DNA of 64,000 nucleotides, from the NCBI GenBank assembly GCA_029258925.1, contig JAPDJV010000004.1:4645-68644 (forward strand). The letters run 5' to 3'. The translations under genes and the position numbers were made by a program. The notes below the pieces were generated by a model, which saw only the letters and a program-made list of their open reading frames with translations, was not told where the DNA came from and did no database searches. Within the stretch, counting starts at the first letter, position 1. Every line of letters begins with the position of its first letter. Source of the DNA: Thermoproteota archaeon (GTDB lineage: Archaea; Thermoproteota; Thermoprotei_A; EX4484-217-1; JAPDJV01). Positions 1 to 9,780 of the stretch are shown here, piece by piece.

Positions 1-457
1 TCTCCCTTAACGCTCTGATTCCAGGCCTATACTTCTTCACGTCGTCAGCATTCGTGGCGTCGACAACTCTCCTAACACCTGTTTCCCGAGCATACTCCTT
101 AATCTTCCCGAACAAGACTTTTTTACATAGATAACACCTGTTAGGCGGGTTACCCCATATCTCCTCGTCTCCCAGCTCAACCTCGAATATCACATGTCTT
201 ACTCCCAGTGCTCCAGCTATCCTCCTAGACTCCTCAACCTCGCTCCTCGGAATAAAGGGCATGTCTATCGTCACAGCTACGACTTTATCTGGGCCGAGAA
301 CGCTTTTCGCTACTGCTGTCAGGAAAGTGCTGTCTACACCACCGGAGAAAGCCACTATAACCCCATCACTACAGTTCTCCTCAAACCACTTAACCAATTC
401 CATAAACTTTACTCTAAGCTCTCCCCCAACGCTTTTCAAGACATTGTTTAAATTCAT
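1..457 (-). CDS. larE: NPN cofactor sulfur transferase LarE (PP-loop ATPase), 3' end runs off the window; absent from the ORF track
   Basis: Manual translation of the minus strand from ATG at 457: ...GVIVAFSGGVDSTFL...NPPNRCYLCKK...VVDATNADDVKKYRPGIRALRE, which are the LarE PP-loop, NPxxRCYxCK and DGTNADD..RPG motifs. Confidence 0.9.
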   Translation of the reverse strand, partial: MNLNNVLKSVGGELRVKFMELVKWFEENCSDGVIVAFSGGVDSTFLTAVAKSVLGPDKVVAVTIDMPFIPRSEVEESRRIAGALGVRHVIFEVELGDEEIWGNPPNRCYLCKKVLFGKIKEYARETGVRRVVDATNADDVKKYRPGIRALRE

Positions 458-560
458 TGTTTACAGCCGAGAATTATATTATATAACATAGTTATATATC
501 TAACTCAAGCATAAAACCCTTAAATACTCAAGCAAGCACTCCCTAAACAGGTAGTAGCAC

Positions 561-1295
561 TTGACCTCAAGCCACGTAGGCTCATTAAGCAATGTTAAAC
601 TAACAGTTTTAGTTGACAACAGGCTCATCGATCCCAGACTGGAGAGCACATGGGGTCTATCAATACTTGTGGAAGCAAACAACACTACAATACTATTCGA
701 CGTCGACACACGCTGGAACATAGTCTACAACAACGCCCAGCTACTACAAGCTCCACTGAGCAAAGTAGACTATATTGTGATAAGCCATTGGCATGGAGAC
801 CACGCGGGAGGATTAGACGACGCACTAGAATACTATAGCAGTATTGGTAAAAGGATTGGAGTAATAGTTCCATCACGCAGAATATTCCATCTTATTAGAG
901 GGGAATTCACTGTTGGAGCAATACCTGTGAAGATAAGTGAGGGGATAATTACCTCAGGTGTCCTGGGACGATTCATAAAAGAGCAATCACTAATATTAAA
1001 TGTTGAGGGGAAGGGTCCAATAATACTTGTAGGATGCTCCCATCCAGGCCTAGATAAAATAGTAAGGAGAGCGTGCAGAATCCTAGGTGTGGAATCTGTT
1101 TACGGAGTGATAGGAGGATACCATGTAGGATTATATGGAGCTAGAAGGGTTGAGAGAGTTTTCAGGGAGTATAATGTTAGAATTGTTGGCCCAGCCCACT
1201 GCACAGGCGACGATGCAATAAGGTTCTTCAAGAAAAGGTTTGGAGAGGGCTTCGTGGAGGTTTACACCGGTAGGATAATAGAGTTTAGGAGATGA
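561..1295 (+). CDS. Metallo-beta-lactamase fold hydrolase (COG1237-like)
   Basis: SHWHGDHAGG metal motif, GCSHPG, GGYH, PAHCTG. Confidence 0.85.
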   Translation: MTSSHVGSLSNVKLTVLVDNRLIDPRLESTWGLSILVEANNTTILFDVDTRWNIVYNNAQLLQAPLSKVDYIVISHWHGDHAGGLDDALEYYSSIGKRIGVIVPSRRIFHLIRGEFTVGAIPVKISEGIITSGVLGRFIKEQSLILNVEGKGPIILVGCSHPGLDKIVRRACRILGVESVYGVIGGYHVGLYGARRVERVFREYNVRIVGPAHCTGDDAIRFFKKRFGEGFVEVYTGRIIEFRR

Positions 1296-1348
1296 ACTGG
1301 TTTTCATTTGAGGTAAGTTTATTAGTTTTCGTGCAATAGCACAATACG

Positions 1349-1648
1349 GTGGAAGAAATGTATTACCCAGCACCAAGACATGGAGAGTGCCAGCACTATA
1401 GCAACGGGAAGTGCACACTATACAATGTTCCAGTAGACCCCAATGCACCGGCATGCCCAAACTTCAAGCCCAAAACAATAAGGCAACCAGCAACCACACC
1501 GCCAAGCATACAACCACAATACTGGACTCCTCCAAGCCAGCCTCCAACAGCCATGCCACCAGGCATGCAACCATACTACCAGTCCCCAATGTGGGGTAGG
1601 AGGGTTAGGAGGAGGTGGAGGAGGGGTAGAAGAGGTTTCCAATGGTAA
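1349..1648 (+). CDS. Small hypothetical protein: His/Cys N-terminal domain, Pro/Gln linker, Arg-rich tail
   Basis: HGEC..C..C cluster, PPSIQPQ/PPSQPP/PPGMQP linker, RRVRRRWRRGRRG tail; same strand as neighbours. Confidence 0.6.
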   Translation: MEEMYYPAPRHGECQHYSNGKCTLYNVPVDPNAPACPNFKPKTIRQPATTPPSIQPQYWTPPSQPPTAMPPGMQPYYQSPMWGRRVRRRWRRGRRGFQW

Positions 1649-1710
1649 AGCTTAATGCTTCAAGAAGCTAGCTAGATACAATGCTCTGCTGAAGTGAAAG
1701 GTGTAAACGT

Positions 1711-2577
1711 GTGGATTTAAGGGTTAACGATAAGCGTGTAGGAGAGATTTCATCATCCTTCAAGAAACTTGGACTACAATTCTTCAAGCTCATCGAACAT
1801 AGAGACCCCCAAATGCTCTCGCTGAGAAAACTATGCCGAAAATATGCTCCCGGAAAAATTGCCGCGCTAGCAGGAGTCAACGCTTTAATAAGCTACATGC
1901 TCAACTGTACTGGTGAAGATTATTGGAGAGAGTTCTCAGAACACGTTTCAAAACTCAACGTGAAGATTGAAAACATTAAGGACGTTGTTAAGATTGTGGA
2001 GGACTTCCTAGCTAACAGCTCATGTAACAAGCTTTACAGAGATGCTAAGAAGAGGAGGCTGAGGAAACTCCTCACCACACCAATAACCAACAGGATACTG
2101 GATGAAAACTATTTCATTGAAAACCCCGGGAACTATTGGAGAACAATTGCCAGAGCAATAGGCTCAAACCCCTCATCAAAGACCGTAGTGTTCTCCGTGA
2201 AAATGTACTACTACGGGTTAGAAGCTTGCAGAAGCATAGAGCTGACGCTGCCAATGAACATTCCAATACCGGTAGACAGGAGAATCACACAGATAACATT
2301 CTACTCTGGACTAGTGGAATCCAATGACATAAACAGGCTTTTCAGGAAGCCTAGAATAGTTCGGAAAACATGGAGCCTCGTAGGAGAACTCTCAAGAATA
2401 CCCCCCATACACTTCGACGCAGCACTATGGCTCTCAGCCAAATACTATTCCCGAAACAAGAGCCTCGAGGACTCCGCTACCGAAATCTCCAGGGAACTCT
2501 CCCTAGACTATGATAAAGCTTTAATCCTACTCAGAGAACTCTTCTATAAGCTAATCGAGGGAAACGGAATTCCCTAG
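1711..2577 (+). CDS. Archaeal 8-oxoguanine N-glycosylase/DNA lyase (AGOG family)
   Basis: NALISYML, GEDYWREF, KTVVFSVKM, IPIPVDRRI, IPPIHFDAALW motifs. Confidence 0.85.
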   Translation: MDLRVNDKRVGEISSSFKKLGLQFFKLIEHRDPQMLSLRKLCRKYAPGKIAALAGVNALISYMLNCTGEDYWREFSEHVSKLNVKIENIKDVVKIVEDFLANSSCNKLYRDAKKRRLRKLLTTPITNRILDENYFIENPGNYWRTIARAIGSNPSSKTVVFSVKMYYYGLEACRSIELTLPMNIPIPVDRRITQITFYSGLVESNDINRLFRKPRIVRKTWSLVGELSRIPPIHFDAALWLSAKYYSRNKSLEDSATEISRELSLDYDKALILLRELFYKLIEGNGIP

Positions 2578-2612
2578 CCGCGCAAAGCGTCTCCAACACT
2601 GTTGACAAGGGG

Positions 2613-3623
2613 TTGTCTCCATTGGTTGCGGATAAACCGTACATGATAGTCTGGATATGTACAGCCAGGTGTAACCTGGACTGTGTACACTGCTATGTTA
2701 AAAACAGGTTCAAGGGGCCGGAGCTAGAAGGAGCAGAGGTATCTAGGTTTATTGAGGGAGTAGCCAGTCTAAAACCCAGATTCTTCTCGATAACAGGCGG
2801 AGAACCGTTTCTCAGAAAAGATATAGTAGACATTTTGAGAGCCTGCAGAGATTATGGGCTAACAACGAGCATTGTGACAAACGGTTTAATAATGACGGAG
2901 GAGCTTGCCTCGAAAATCTCATCACTTGAAACATTCCTATATGTGAGCCTCGACGGAGCCACAAGAAGATCATGCGAGGAGTTAAGAGGGAGAGGAGTTT
3001 GGGGCAGAATAATGAAAACGCTTGAAATAATCAGAAGAAACAACGTGGAGTTCGCAACAGTAATGACAATAACCTCCAAAAACTACAATGAGACGAGAAG
3101 CTTCATAGAACTATCCGAAGAACTAGGTGCAACACACGCAGCCATAATACCCCTAATACCAGCAGGCGCGGCACGCTTAAGAAAAGAATTAAACCCGTCA
3201 CCAATACAAGTCTGGAAAGCATTCAAGAAAGCTGAGGAAACAGCAGATGAGAGAGGATACGATGTAAGCATCTGGTGCGCACCATTCGCCAAAGCATTCA
3301 TCAAGTCAAAACACGTCTACGTAGGCTCATGCAGATACAACAACATGGACATCGACCCGTCGGGAAACGTGCTAATATGCGACGTACTAGACGTCACAAT
3401 AACGAACATCAGGAAAGGAGTCCAAGAAGCCTGGAGAGAATACGTCGAAAACCCCCTAGTACTAGAACTCGAAGACCCATCCAAAATGAAAGGAGCATGC
3501 TCCAACTGCAAATACCTTGAAAAATGTAGCGGGGGATGTAGAGCAAGATCATACCTCACATACGGAACATACTACCTACCAGACCCCTTATGCCCAATCC
3601 ACAAATCAAACAACCAACACTAA
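2613..3623 (+). CDS. Radical SAM/SPASM domain protein
   Basis: CNLDCVHC (CX3CX2C), TGGEP, C-terminal CSNCKYLEKCSGGCRA..DPLC. Confidence 0.9.
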   Translation: MSPLVADKPYMIVWICTARCNLDCVHCYVKNRFKGPELEGAEVSRFIEGVASLKPRFFSITGGEPFLRKDIVDILRACRDYGLTTSIVTNGLIMTEELASKISSLETFLYVSLDGATRRSCEELRGRGVWGRIMKTLEIIRRNNVEFATVMTITSKNYNETRSFIELSEELGATHAAIIPLIPAGAARLRKELNPSPIQVWKAFKKAEETADERGYDVSIWCAPFAKAFIKSKHVYVGSCRYNNMDIDPSGNVLICDVLDVTITNIRKGVQEAWREYVENPLVLELEDPSKMKGACSNCKYLEKCSGGCRARSYLTYGTYYLPDPLCPIHKSNNQH

Positions 3624-3698
3624 CAACCCTGAATCCCAAGCAACCCAGATTCCCTAAGGAATTCTATATGAGAGATCTAAGCAGGAAAGCTACCGTAG

Positions 3699-4583
3699 CC
3701 AACAGCAAGCTGTACAAGATATTGCACAGCACCTGGACACTGTGGATCCTGTACACCTGATTGCGGAACAGCTACATGCAGATGTGTGAAAGGAGAGTGC
3801 GATGCTGAATGCGATTCCAACAACTGCGCTTCAGGTCTATGCCAAAGCGACTGCACGTGCTGTAATGGATGCAAGGATAGGAATGGAAACTGTGTCAGCG
3901 TAGGTAGTTGGGGTTACTGGGATACTGATAACACGTTGGATTACTGTCAAAGTGTCGGTTATTGGACTCGCGGTTTTTGCGTTTTCACAGAAGAACCATG
4001 TTTCGGCGGAATAGCCTATATCGAAGACCCAAATTGCGGACCACCATGGTCCGAATGTAAAGGAGACTGCCATACAAACTGTAAAAGGTATGCAGTAATA
4101 GTGTACGCTACTGAAAGCCAGTGCTGCGATGGAGTAAACAATGATCTAGACGGTAAAAGAGACTGTGAAAACCTGGACTGCTGCGGTGCAACTTGCGGTA
4201 CAATAACTTGCTACAATAAAGATTCATGTTGCACCGGATACGATCCAAACACTCATACAAAAATGGTTTGCGACTGTCCAAGTGCAAGTTGTAGTTATAC
4301 ACCTCCGGCCAATGATTATACTTGTAAGCCTAAAGGTACTTGTAGCAGTAATGCAGACTGTGATCCTAATTATTGCTGTGATAGAGATGCTAGCGGACCT
4401 GGCGGCTCTGGTCAGTGTGTGGGTAAGGGGATTTATAGTGGTAATCCAAAGTATTTATGCGATCCTCCCGGATGGGAAATTGTCAGCAAAGGTATTAATG
4501 AGAAAAACGCGCAAAACGAAAATCATGTTCAAAATGTAAATTTATTTAACTTGATCCTCGATTTCTTCAATCTCTTTTCATAA
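3699..4583 (+). CDS. Cysteine-rich extracellular-type protein, C-terminal fragment (5' truncated)
   Basis: About 35 Cys in the 265 aa track ORF. Cys-rich coding continues upstream to a TAG at 3696-3698 with no start codon. CCDGVNNDLDGKRDC is a Ca-binding-like motif. Confidence 0.65.
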   Translation, partial: PTASCTRYCTAPGHCGSCTPDCGTATCRCVKGECDAECDSNNCASGLCQSDCTCCNGCKDRNGNCVSVGSWGYWDTDNTLDYCQSVGYWTRGFCVFTEEPCFGGIAYIEDPNCGPPWSECKGDCHTNCKRYAVIVYATESQCCDGVNNDLDGKRDCENLDCCGATCGTITCYNKDSCCTGYDPNTHTKMVCDCPSASCSYTPPANDYTCKPKGTCSSNADCDPNYCCDRDASGPGGSGQCVGKGIYSGNPKYLCDPPGWEIVSKGINEKNAQNENHVQNVNLFNLILDFFNLFS

Positions 4584-5037
4584 GATAAACTTTTTCCATG
4601 CCGATCCATTCCCAAACTTCCAATATGCCTCTATCAATTGGGTTATGCTGATCATCTATTCCTCTCTCCTTAATTAAACCATCTCCGCAAGAATATAAAC
4701 CAAGAGTGTTGCCTGGACCAATTAATATACGTGAGTCTGGAAATTGGTTACTCAAATTATTAACTACGTATTGAGGCAAGCTAACTGACCACTCCCCACT
4801 TCCTGCACCCAAAGGAGCTGGTTTAATAATCATATGGTTTGCTGGGAAACCATATGTTCTGAGCACACTAGGTATTATGTATCCTATACCATTCCATTCA
4901 TCAACTTTAGGATTCCATCTTTCATATCCAACTATGAACTTAACTAAATCCCAGCATTGCCAATTTCGGGTTAAATATTGATCTAGACCATAGGATTGAT
5001 TGCCTGTAAGAATTCTGAATCTGTTGTTGCATTCCAA
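4567..5037 (-). CDS. Hypothetical protein, possibly the 3' half of a frameshifted gene with 4983-5396
   Basis: 156 aa ORF overlapping the upstream ORF by 55 nt in another frame. Confidence 0.5.
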   Translation of the reverse strand: MECNNRFRILTGNQSYGLDQYLTRNWQCWDLVKFIVGYERWNPKVDEWNGIGYIIPSVLRTYGFPANHMIIKPAPLGAGSGEWSVSLPQYVVNNLSNQFPDSRILIGPGNTLGLYSCGDGLIKERGIDDQHNPIDRGILEVWEWIGMEKVYLMKRD

Positions 5038-5396
5038 TGTGGTACTTGATTTAGGAAGTATTCTATAGTATTATTGTCAAATCCTAAATATTGTCCGACT
5101 GTATTTGAAAGCCCGTGAGCAAATCTATCAACCAGCCAAGAAAGGTAGTATATTTCTCTTACATCTCTATTTTTACCCCAAGCGTACACTATGCCGTTTG
5201 GATATAGGCTAGTTCCCGGGAATACCTGCTCCGGGTAATTCACAGAGTATATTTCTAATGGTTCCTGGGTAGCCGGCTCTTCCCGGATAGCAGGTGTTTC
5301 CCGGTGTGTTAAGAAGTAGGCTGTGTATCCGGCTATGAGAGAACATGTTACTAGGGTGATGAGGAGTATTGCCCACTTCCCCAACTTCTTTCCCAT
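4983..5396 (-). CDS. Hypothetical membrane-anchored protein (N-terminal TM helix)
   Basis: MGKKLGKWAILLITLVTCSLIAGYTAYFL: basic residues followed by a hydrophobic helix. Confidence 0.55.
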   Translation of the reverse strand: MGKKLGKWAILLITLVTCSLIAGYTAYFLTHRETPAIREEPATQEPLEIYSVNYPEQVFPGTSLYPNGIVYAWGKNRDVREIYYLSWLVDRFAHGLSNTVGQYLGFDNNTIEYFLNQVPHWNATTDSEFLQAINPMV

Positions 5397-5722
5397 AAGT
5401 GAATGAGGTCATTATTCATAGAATAGTTTTCCACACTATTCCTCCTCCAAGAAATCAAGTATAATAGCAACAGGATTCTGATTCGAGAAGCACAGTCTCC
5501 TAGACATATTGTATACAATACGTTACGGCTATGATTATGATTTTTTCATAGAGATACTTGCCTTAAGGTTTCAGGAACTCGACGAGTAAGCTCACATTAC
5601 AACTTCACTACTCATAATATTCTTAATCAGCGTGTTTGCTGACTTATTGCAAACACGTTCTGCTCAGTATTTAACGCTAATTATTTAATTGTCTCTGAAA
5701 CATTTCGTTTATGGTGTGTTAT

Positions 5723-5986
5723 GTGGATCTAGCTCTCGAGGTTCGCGTGGGTAGGAGGAGGACTATAGTTATTCCCAAGGTTGTTGCGGAAGCCCTTGGT
5801 ATTGATGAGGGTTCTAGGCTGTTGTTGGAAGTTAGGGGCGATAGCATAGTTCTTAAGCCGGTGCGTGACGCTATATGACTTTCGCTACGTGGTGAGAAGA
5901 TAGCTGAGATCACTCTTGAAGAATTGGAGAGTGAGAGCATTGTTCAACAGGAGAAATGCCTTGGAGAAGGAAGGGATTCTAGTTGA
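5723..5986 (+). pseudogene. AbrB/MazE/SpoVT-family antitoxin with internal TGA, followed by a VapC-like start remnant
   Basis: Manual translation VDLALEVRVGRRRTIVIPKVVAEALGIDEGSRLLLEVRGDSIVLKPVRDAI*LSLRGEKIAEITLEELE; TGA at 5876-5878. An overlapping frame reads EGILVDKAFLL. Confidence 0.7.
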
Positions 5987-6209
5987 CAAGGCTTTCCTTT
6001 TACGGGCACCGGTAGTTAAGGAGAAGCTGAGAATGTAATGGGATTGTTATATTAGTGTAGAGGGCTACATTAGATGAGAGACCTATGCAAACATTATCGT
6101 GGAAACAGTTGCTTGCTTATTATGAGCAATAAGACTTGTTAGGTTAGTGGATTATTGACGAACGGGCTTAATATGTTGAGGTTCCCGTAATCTTATAGAG
6201 GGTGGTCAA

Positions 6210-6449
6210 GTGTCCGTCGTGTTTATGGATGAGTATGGTAGGATTAGGATACCTAGGAAGTATTTGGAGAGTATTAGATCCCGTAGATTTATTGTTAGGA
6301 GATCCGGTAAAGCAATAATTCTCTTACCCGTCGAGGAGGAGGATTTGATGGAGTGCGTGGACAGTGTTGAGGTGGATGTTGATCCGGAAGCGTTTAGAGA
6401 CTATAATGAATTGAAGAAGGTCTTGCTTGGTGGAAAACATATTTATTGA
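6210..6449 (+). CDS. AbrB/MazE-family antitoxin (VapB-like)
   Basis: MDEYGRIRIPRKY..FIVRRSGKAIILLPV swapped-hairpin pattern. Confidence 0.75.
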   Translation: MSVVFMDEYGRIRIPRKYLESIRSRRFIVRRSGKAIILLPVEEEDLMECVDSVEVDVDPEAFRDYNELKKVLLGGKHIY

Positions 6450-6543
6450 TGCTTCAACACTCCTATACACTCTCCTTAAGCCTAGGGAGAGCATTCCAAG
6501 GCAAATGAATACGAGAAATGAGCGTGGCAGTCTACGATTTTAG
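6430..6543 (+). pseudogene. Truncated PIN-domain (VapC) toxin remnant
   Basis: Overlaps the antitoxin stop; reads VENIFIDASTLLYTLLKP and then terminates early. Confidence 0.5.
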
Positions 6544-6734
6544 ACCTTTATATGGAATTTAATGGCTTCTTTAATAACTGGTTTTGGATATTGAGGAACC
6601 TGGTTTTCTACATAGATTATTGTTGATGTCATGTTAGGGTGTTCTCGAGGATTTCTCCTCAGCTATGGAGACGCGGTCTTTCTCCTGGAGCAACACACGA
6701 ATCTATTATGAGGGAGACGTTGACAACTACTCTC

Positions 6735-6932
6735 TTAGCCAAGGCGCTCCCGTTCCACGCTAAGCTCCTTGACCAGATCCCTACCTTGAAGTCTTCTCCT
6801 TAGATACTCTCTTATCTCACGGGCAGCGATTATGGGTTTCTCCTCAATCCGTATTCGAACTCCCCCTAAGTTGAGCTTCTCCAGTGGACGTAGCACATTC
6901 CTCTCATAGATGGCATCAATAGTCTTGTCCAT
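6735..6932 (-). CDS. AF2212/DUF104-like antitoxin
   Basis: MDKTIDAIYERNVLRPLEKLNL..VRIRIE signature; only a short degenerate toxin-like start follows. Confidence 0.75.
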   Translation of the reverse strand: MDKTIDAIYERNVLRPLEKLNLGGVRIRIEEKPIIAAREIREYLRRRLQGRDLVKELSVERERLG

Positions 6933-7060
6933 AAAATATAACCCCAGTATTCTCTAAGATTGCAGCTTGATAGGTTTAGTGCATTGTTGGACTGTTGAAA
7001 TAGAATCTGGGAGATCAATTGCTTCGGGAACGTAGCGGTATATTACTAAGTATGCATGTT

Positions 7061-8020
7061 TCATTTTCTACTTTTTATAGTCTTAATTATCTTATCTAGT
7101 GGTGCCTTCCTCTTCCGCAGTAACTCCAAGACTTTATTCAAAGCGGTATCTTTGGGCCTCTTTCTCACTTTTCTAAACCCGGCTGCCCGCTTGAGTTCGG
7201 GGAGCCATCCTCTCCTAGCTGCTCTACACAGATTGCTGGCCTCGCACACGGTGTGAGCATTGAACATGTAGATGTCGCCGTGGTAGTTTAAGATCTCGAC
7301 GACCTTGTGTAGATATGCTACATCGTATCTTCTAAACCCTAGTTTACCGGAGAGTGCGTCACGGTATAGGGTGAGCATTGCCGACTTCTCCCGCTCTAAG
7401 AGAATGCTTATAGCATTTAACACTTTTGGCAACGTGCTTGGTGGAGGCCTATAGCACCCTATGTACGCTCCACTGCTGTACAGGTGCATGAGGTTCTCTG
7501 CTAAGTGGCTAGGGCTTAACATTTCCCCGCCTCCCTCTAAACCTATGGCTCCGACTCCTAGTAGCGTGGTTAATCCGAGCTTTTCCAATGCCTCACTCAG
7601 CGCGGCCAGTGATAACATGTCTGTGATATAGCTTCCTAGCAAGGGTTCGTCGCCGAACATTAGGGAATCACCGCCCAGATCAACCCCTATGTATAGGGAG
7701 ACTCCCAGATCCTCCAACAACTCGAGAAACCCGCTAATTACAGTTCTCCCAAGCTCACGAGTGCAAACCAAGTATGTTTCAAACCCTAGCGAAGCTATGT
7801 GAGGCTCGAAAAATCTTCCACCACTCCACGATTCACCAGTAACCCTCAACACTGCACTGCTGATCTTCTCAGCGTTAAGTACTGCACTAACCCTACAGTT
7901 ACCGAAGGCAATGAACACTGTCTCAACGCCTCTAAGCTTAAGTGGAATAGCTAAAGCTAGTGCTCCCCCAGAGTCTCCCCCTCCACCAAGACCTCCCACA
8001 GCAACTCTACGGCAAGCCAT
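7061..8020 (-). CDS. DUF1152 family protein
   Basis: GLGGGGD, GVDLGGDSL and D..SLAAL motifs. Confidence 0.75.
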   Translation of the reverse strand: MACRRVAVGGLGGGGDSGGALALAIPLKLRGVETVFIAFGNCRVSAVLNAEKISSAVLRVTGESWSGGRFFEPHIASLGFETYLVCTRELGRTVISGFLELLEDLGVSLYIGVDLGGDSLMFGDEPLLGSYITDMLSLAALSEALEKLGLTTLLGVGAIGLEGGGEMLSPSHLAENLMHLYSSGAYIGCYRPPPSTLPKVLNAISILLEREKSAMLTLYRDALSGKLGFRRYDVAYLHKVVEILNYHGDIYMFNAHTVCEASNLCRAARRGWLPELKRAAGFRKVRKRPKDTALNKVLELLRKRKAPLDKIIKTIKSRK

Positions 8021-8159
8021 AATTAAATCCCGAACCCCAGCTACCTCATAAATAGAACAAATATTTTAAATCGTGTGGGTCAGGTTGAAGGAAAACGACG
8101 GTCAACTTGTAATATTAGGAGTGGACTTCTAGATCGCTAGCTTACGGCGAGTCCTCTTA

Positions 8160-8732
8160 TCACCTTGCAGCCTTCTTCACGCCTCCCCTAATTTTCTCGT
8201 TTATGGCTTCCACCATTTCCTCCACAGCTTTCAACGCTTTCTCTACATGTTCTCTCGTACACCAGCCTTCGTAGAAGCATGTATGCATTCCCGAGGCTTG
8301 ATTCCAGGCTTCCAGTATCCAGTCGCCTAGTTCTCCAGCAACTACCCTGCTGTATTCCCATAGCTCTCCATGACTCGGCAACATCTTACCCTCCCTCCAG
8401 TAAGCGTATGCTTTCACTGCTAGCGCCGCTGATCCCCATATTTTCTCGCTAGCCTGCCTCACGCTGGCCTCCTCAAGATCTCCCTTAGCCTCCTCTAAGA
8501 TCTCCTTGGAGGCCTCAATGTGCTCCCTAGCTCTATCCAGCGGATCCAAGTTCTGGGATAGAAGCTCGATGACGTATTCCTCTAAGCTAACCCCCAGTTT
8601 TTCAGCCTCCCTCCTAATCCTCTCGGCGACAACTCGAGGAATAACGATAGTATCAGCCAAATTGAACCCCAAATAACAATAATAATTATCTAAATATATG
8701 TTCTTCCGATAACGGCTTACTTGTGCATCCAT
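8160..8732 (-). CDS. PaREP1 family protein (true start probably downstream, near 8660)
   Basis: QASEKIWGSAALAVKAYA, SHGELW, AWNQASGMHTCFYEG. Confidence 0.85.
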   Translation of the reverse strand: MDAQVSRYRKNIYLDNYYCYLGFNLADTIVIPRVVAERIRREAEKLGVSLEEYVIELLSQNLDPLDRAREHIEASKEILEEAKGDLEEASVRQASEKIWGSAALAVKAYAYWREGKMLPSHGELWEYSRVVAGELGDWILEAWNQASGMHTCFYEGWCTREHVEKALKAVEEMVEAINEKIRGGVKKAAR

Positions 8733-9017
8733 TGGCTGAGAGCTTTTCTATAGATCAGTTCCAGCCTCATACTCCTAACTGCAAGGACTTCGCTGGGAGC
8801 GTAGTGTTTATGTGTGGAACCGGGGCTCATGGAGTGGTTGTGGGCGAAGCATTACTGTGGGGCGTAGCGAATGATTGTTTGCTAGTCGGCTTAGTGTTAT
8901 CGCTAATCCTATGAATACCGTACGGTATCGTGGAGATTGCGTGAAGTGGGTGTAGTAATAGTTGAATAGTTATTTGCTCCTAAAAGTCTCCAAGTCTCTG
9001 CTAAATATATGCTTTAT

Positions 9018-9671
9018 TTAGTGGTTGGGGACTATTTTGACCCCTTTAATGCATATGAAACCCTTTCCAAGTATGTTGCTCGAAGGCTCTTCTTCGAATG
9101 GTTCTTCATCCGGCTTGAATCCTAAGACTCCCTTCAACTCCTTGACTTCGAAACCCGCCTTCCTCATCATGAATGTGATCTCCTTGATTGTGTAGAATGT
9201 TGCGTACTTGTAGAATGGGTGTCCCCTCCTCTTCTCTTCCTCGTATAACTTACCCCACGAACTATCCTTGGGTACAATGCATGCTATTACTTCTCCCCCC
9301 ATCCTCAATACTCTATGGGCTTCGACGAGGCCTTTGAGGGGGTCTTTCATGAAGCACACTGTTACAACTATTAGCACTGTGTTGAAGCATGATTCTCTGA
9401 ATGGGAGAAACTCTCCCACACCCTGAACAACATCTACACCTCTCTCCCTAGCCTTCCTCAACATTCCTATTGATGGGTCGACTCCGAAACCACAACTCAC
9501 GTTGCTTGCGAAGAAACCTGTCCCCACGCCGACTTCAAGACAGGGCTTCTTGCTCACCATCGATTTAACTAGCTTCAACTCGTTCAGAGTCTTAATAGGA
9601 TTCTTCTCGTACCATAAGTCGTATTCTCTCCAAAGCTCGTTGAATACTTTAAGCTTCCCCAAACAGAACAC
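9018..9671 (-). CDS. Class I SAM-dependent methyltransferase
   Basis: LEVGVGTG, GVDPS, GEFLPF, EAHRVL motifs. Confidence 0.9.
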   Translation of the reverse strand: MFCLGKLKVFNELWREYDLWYEKNPIKTLNELKLVKSMVSKKPCLEVGVGTGFFASNVSCGFGVDPSIGMLRKARERGVDVVQGVGEFLPFRESCFNTVLIVVTVCFMKDPLKGLVEAHRVLRMGGEVIACIVPKDSSWGKLYEEEKRRGHPFYKYATFYTIKEITFMMRKAGFEVKELKGVLGFKPDEEPFEEEPSSNILGKGFICIKGVKIVPNH

Positions 9672-9780
9672 CTACTACTATCAATATTATTTAGGATAAT
9701 TTATATTATAAATTTTAATAGTGTTAACGAGCATTATGTGTAAAAATAATGTTCGATTACTGATTATTATTTTATTTACT

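Noticed and set aside
2613-4583. Radical SAM/SPASM gene followed by a Cys-rich ORF, suggesting a sactipeptide/ranthipeptide system
   Set aside because: The Cys-rich ORF is long, has no start or leader, resembles a disulfide-rich surface protein fragment and probably lies across a sequence break
5876-5878. In-frame TGA as possible selenocysteine or recoding
   Set aside because: It lies in a decayed antitoxin at a non-catalytic position; TGA is used as a normal stop elsewhere and FwdB uses Cys. A nonsense mutation is simpler
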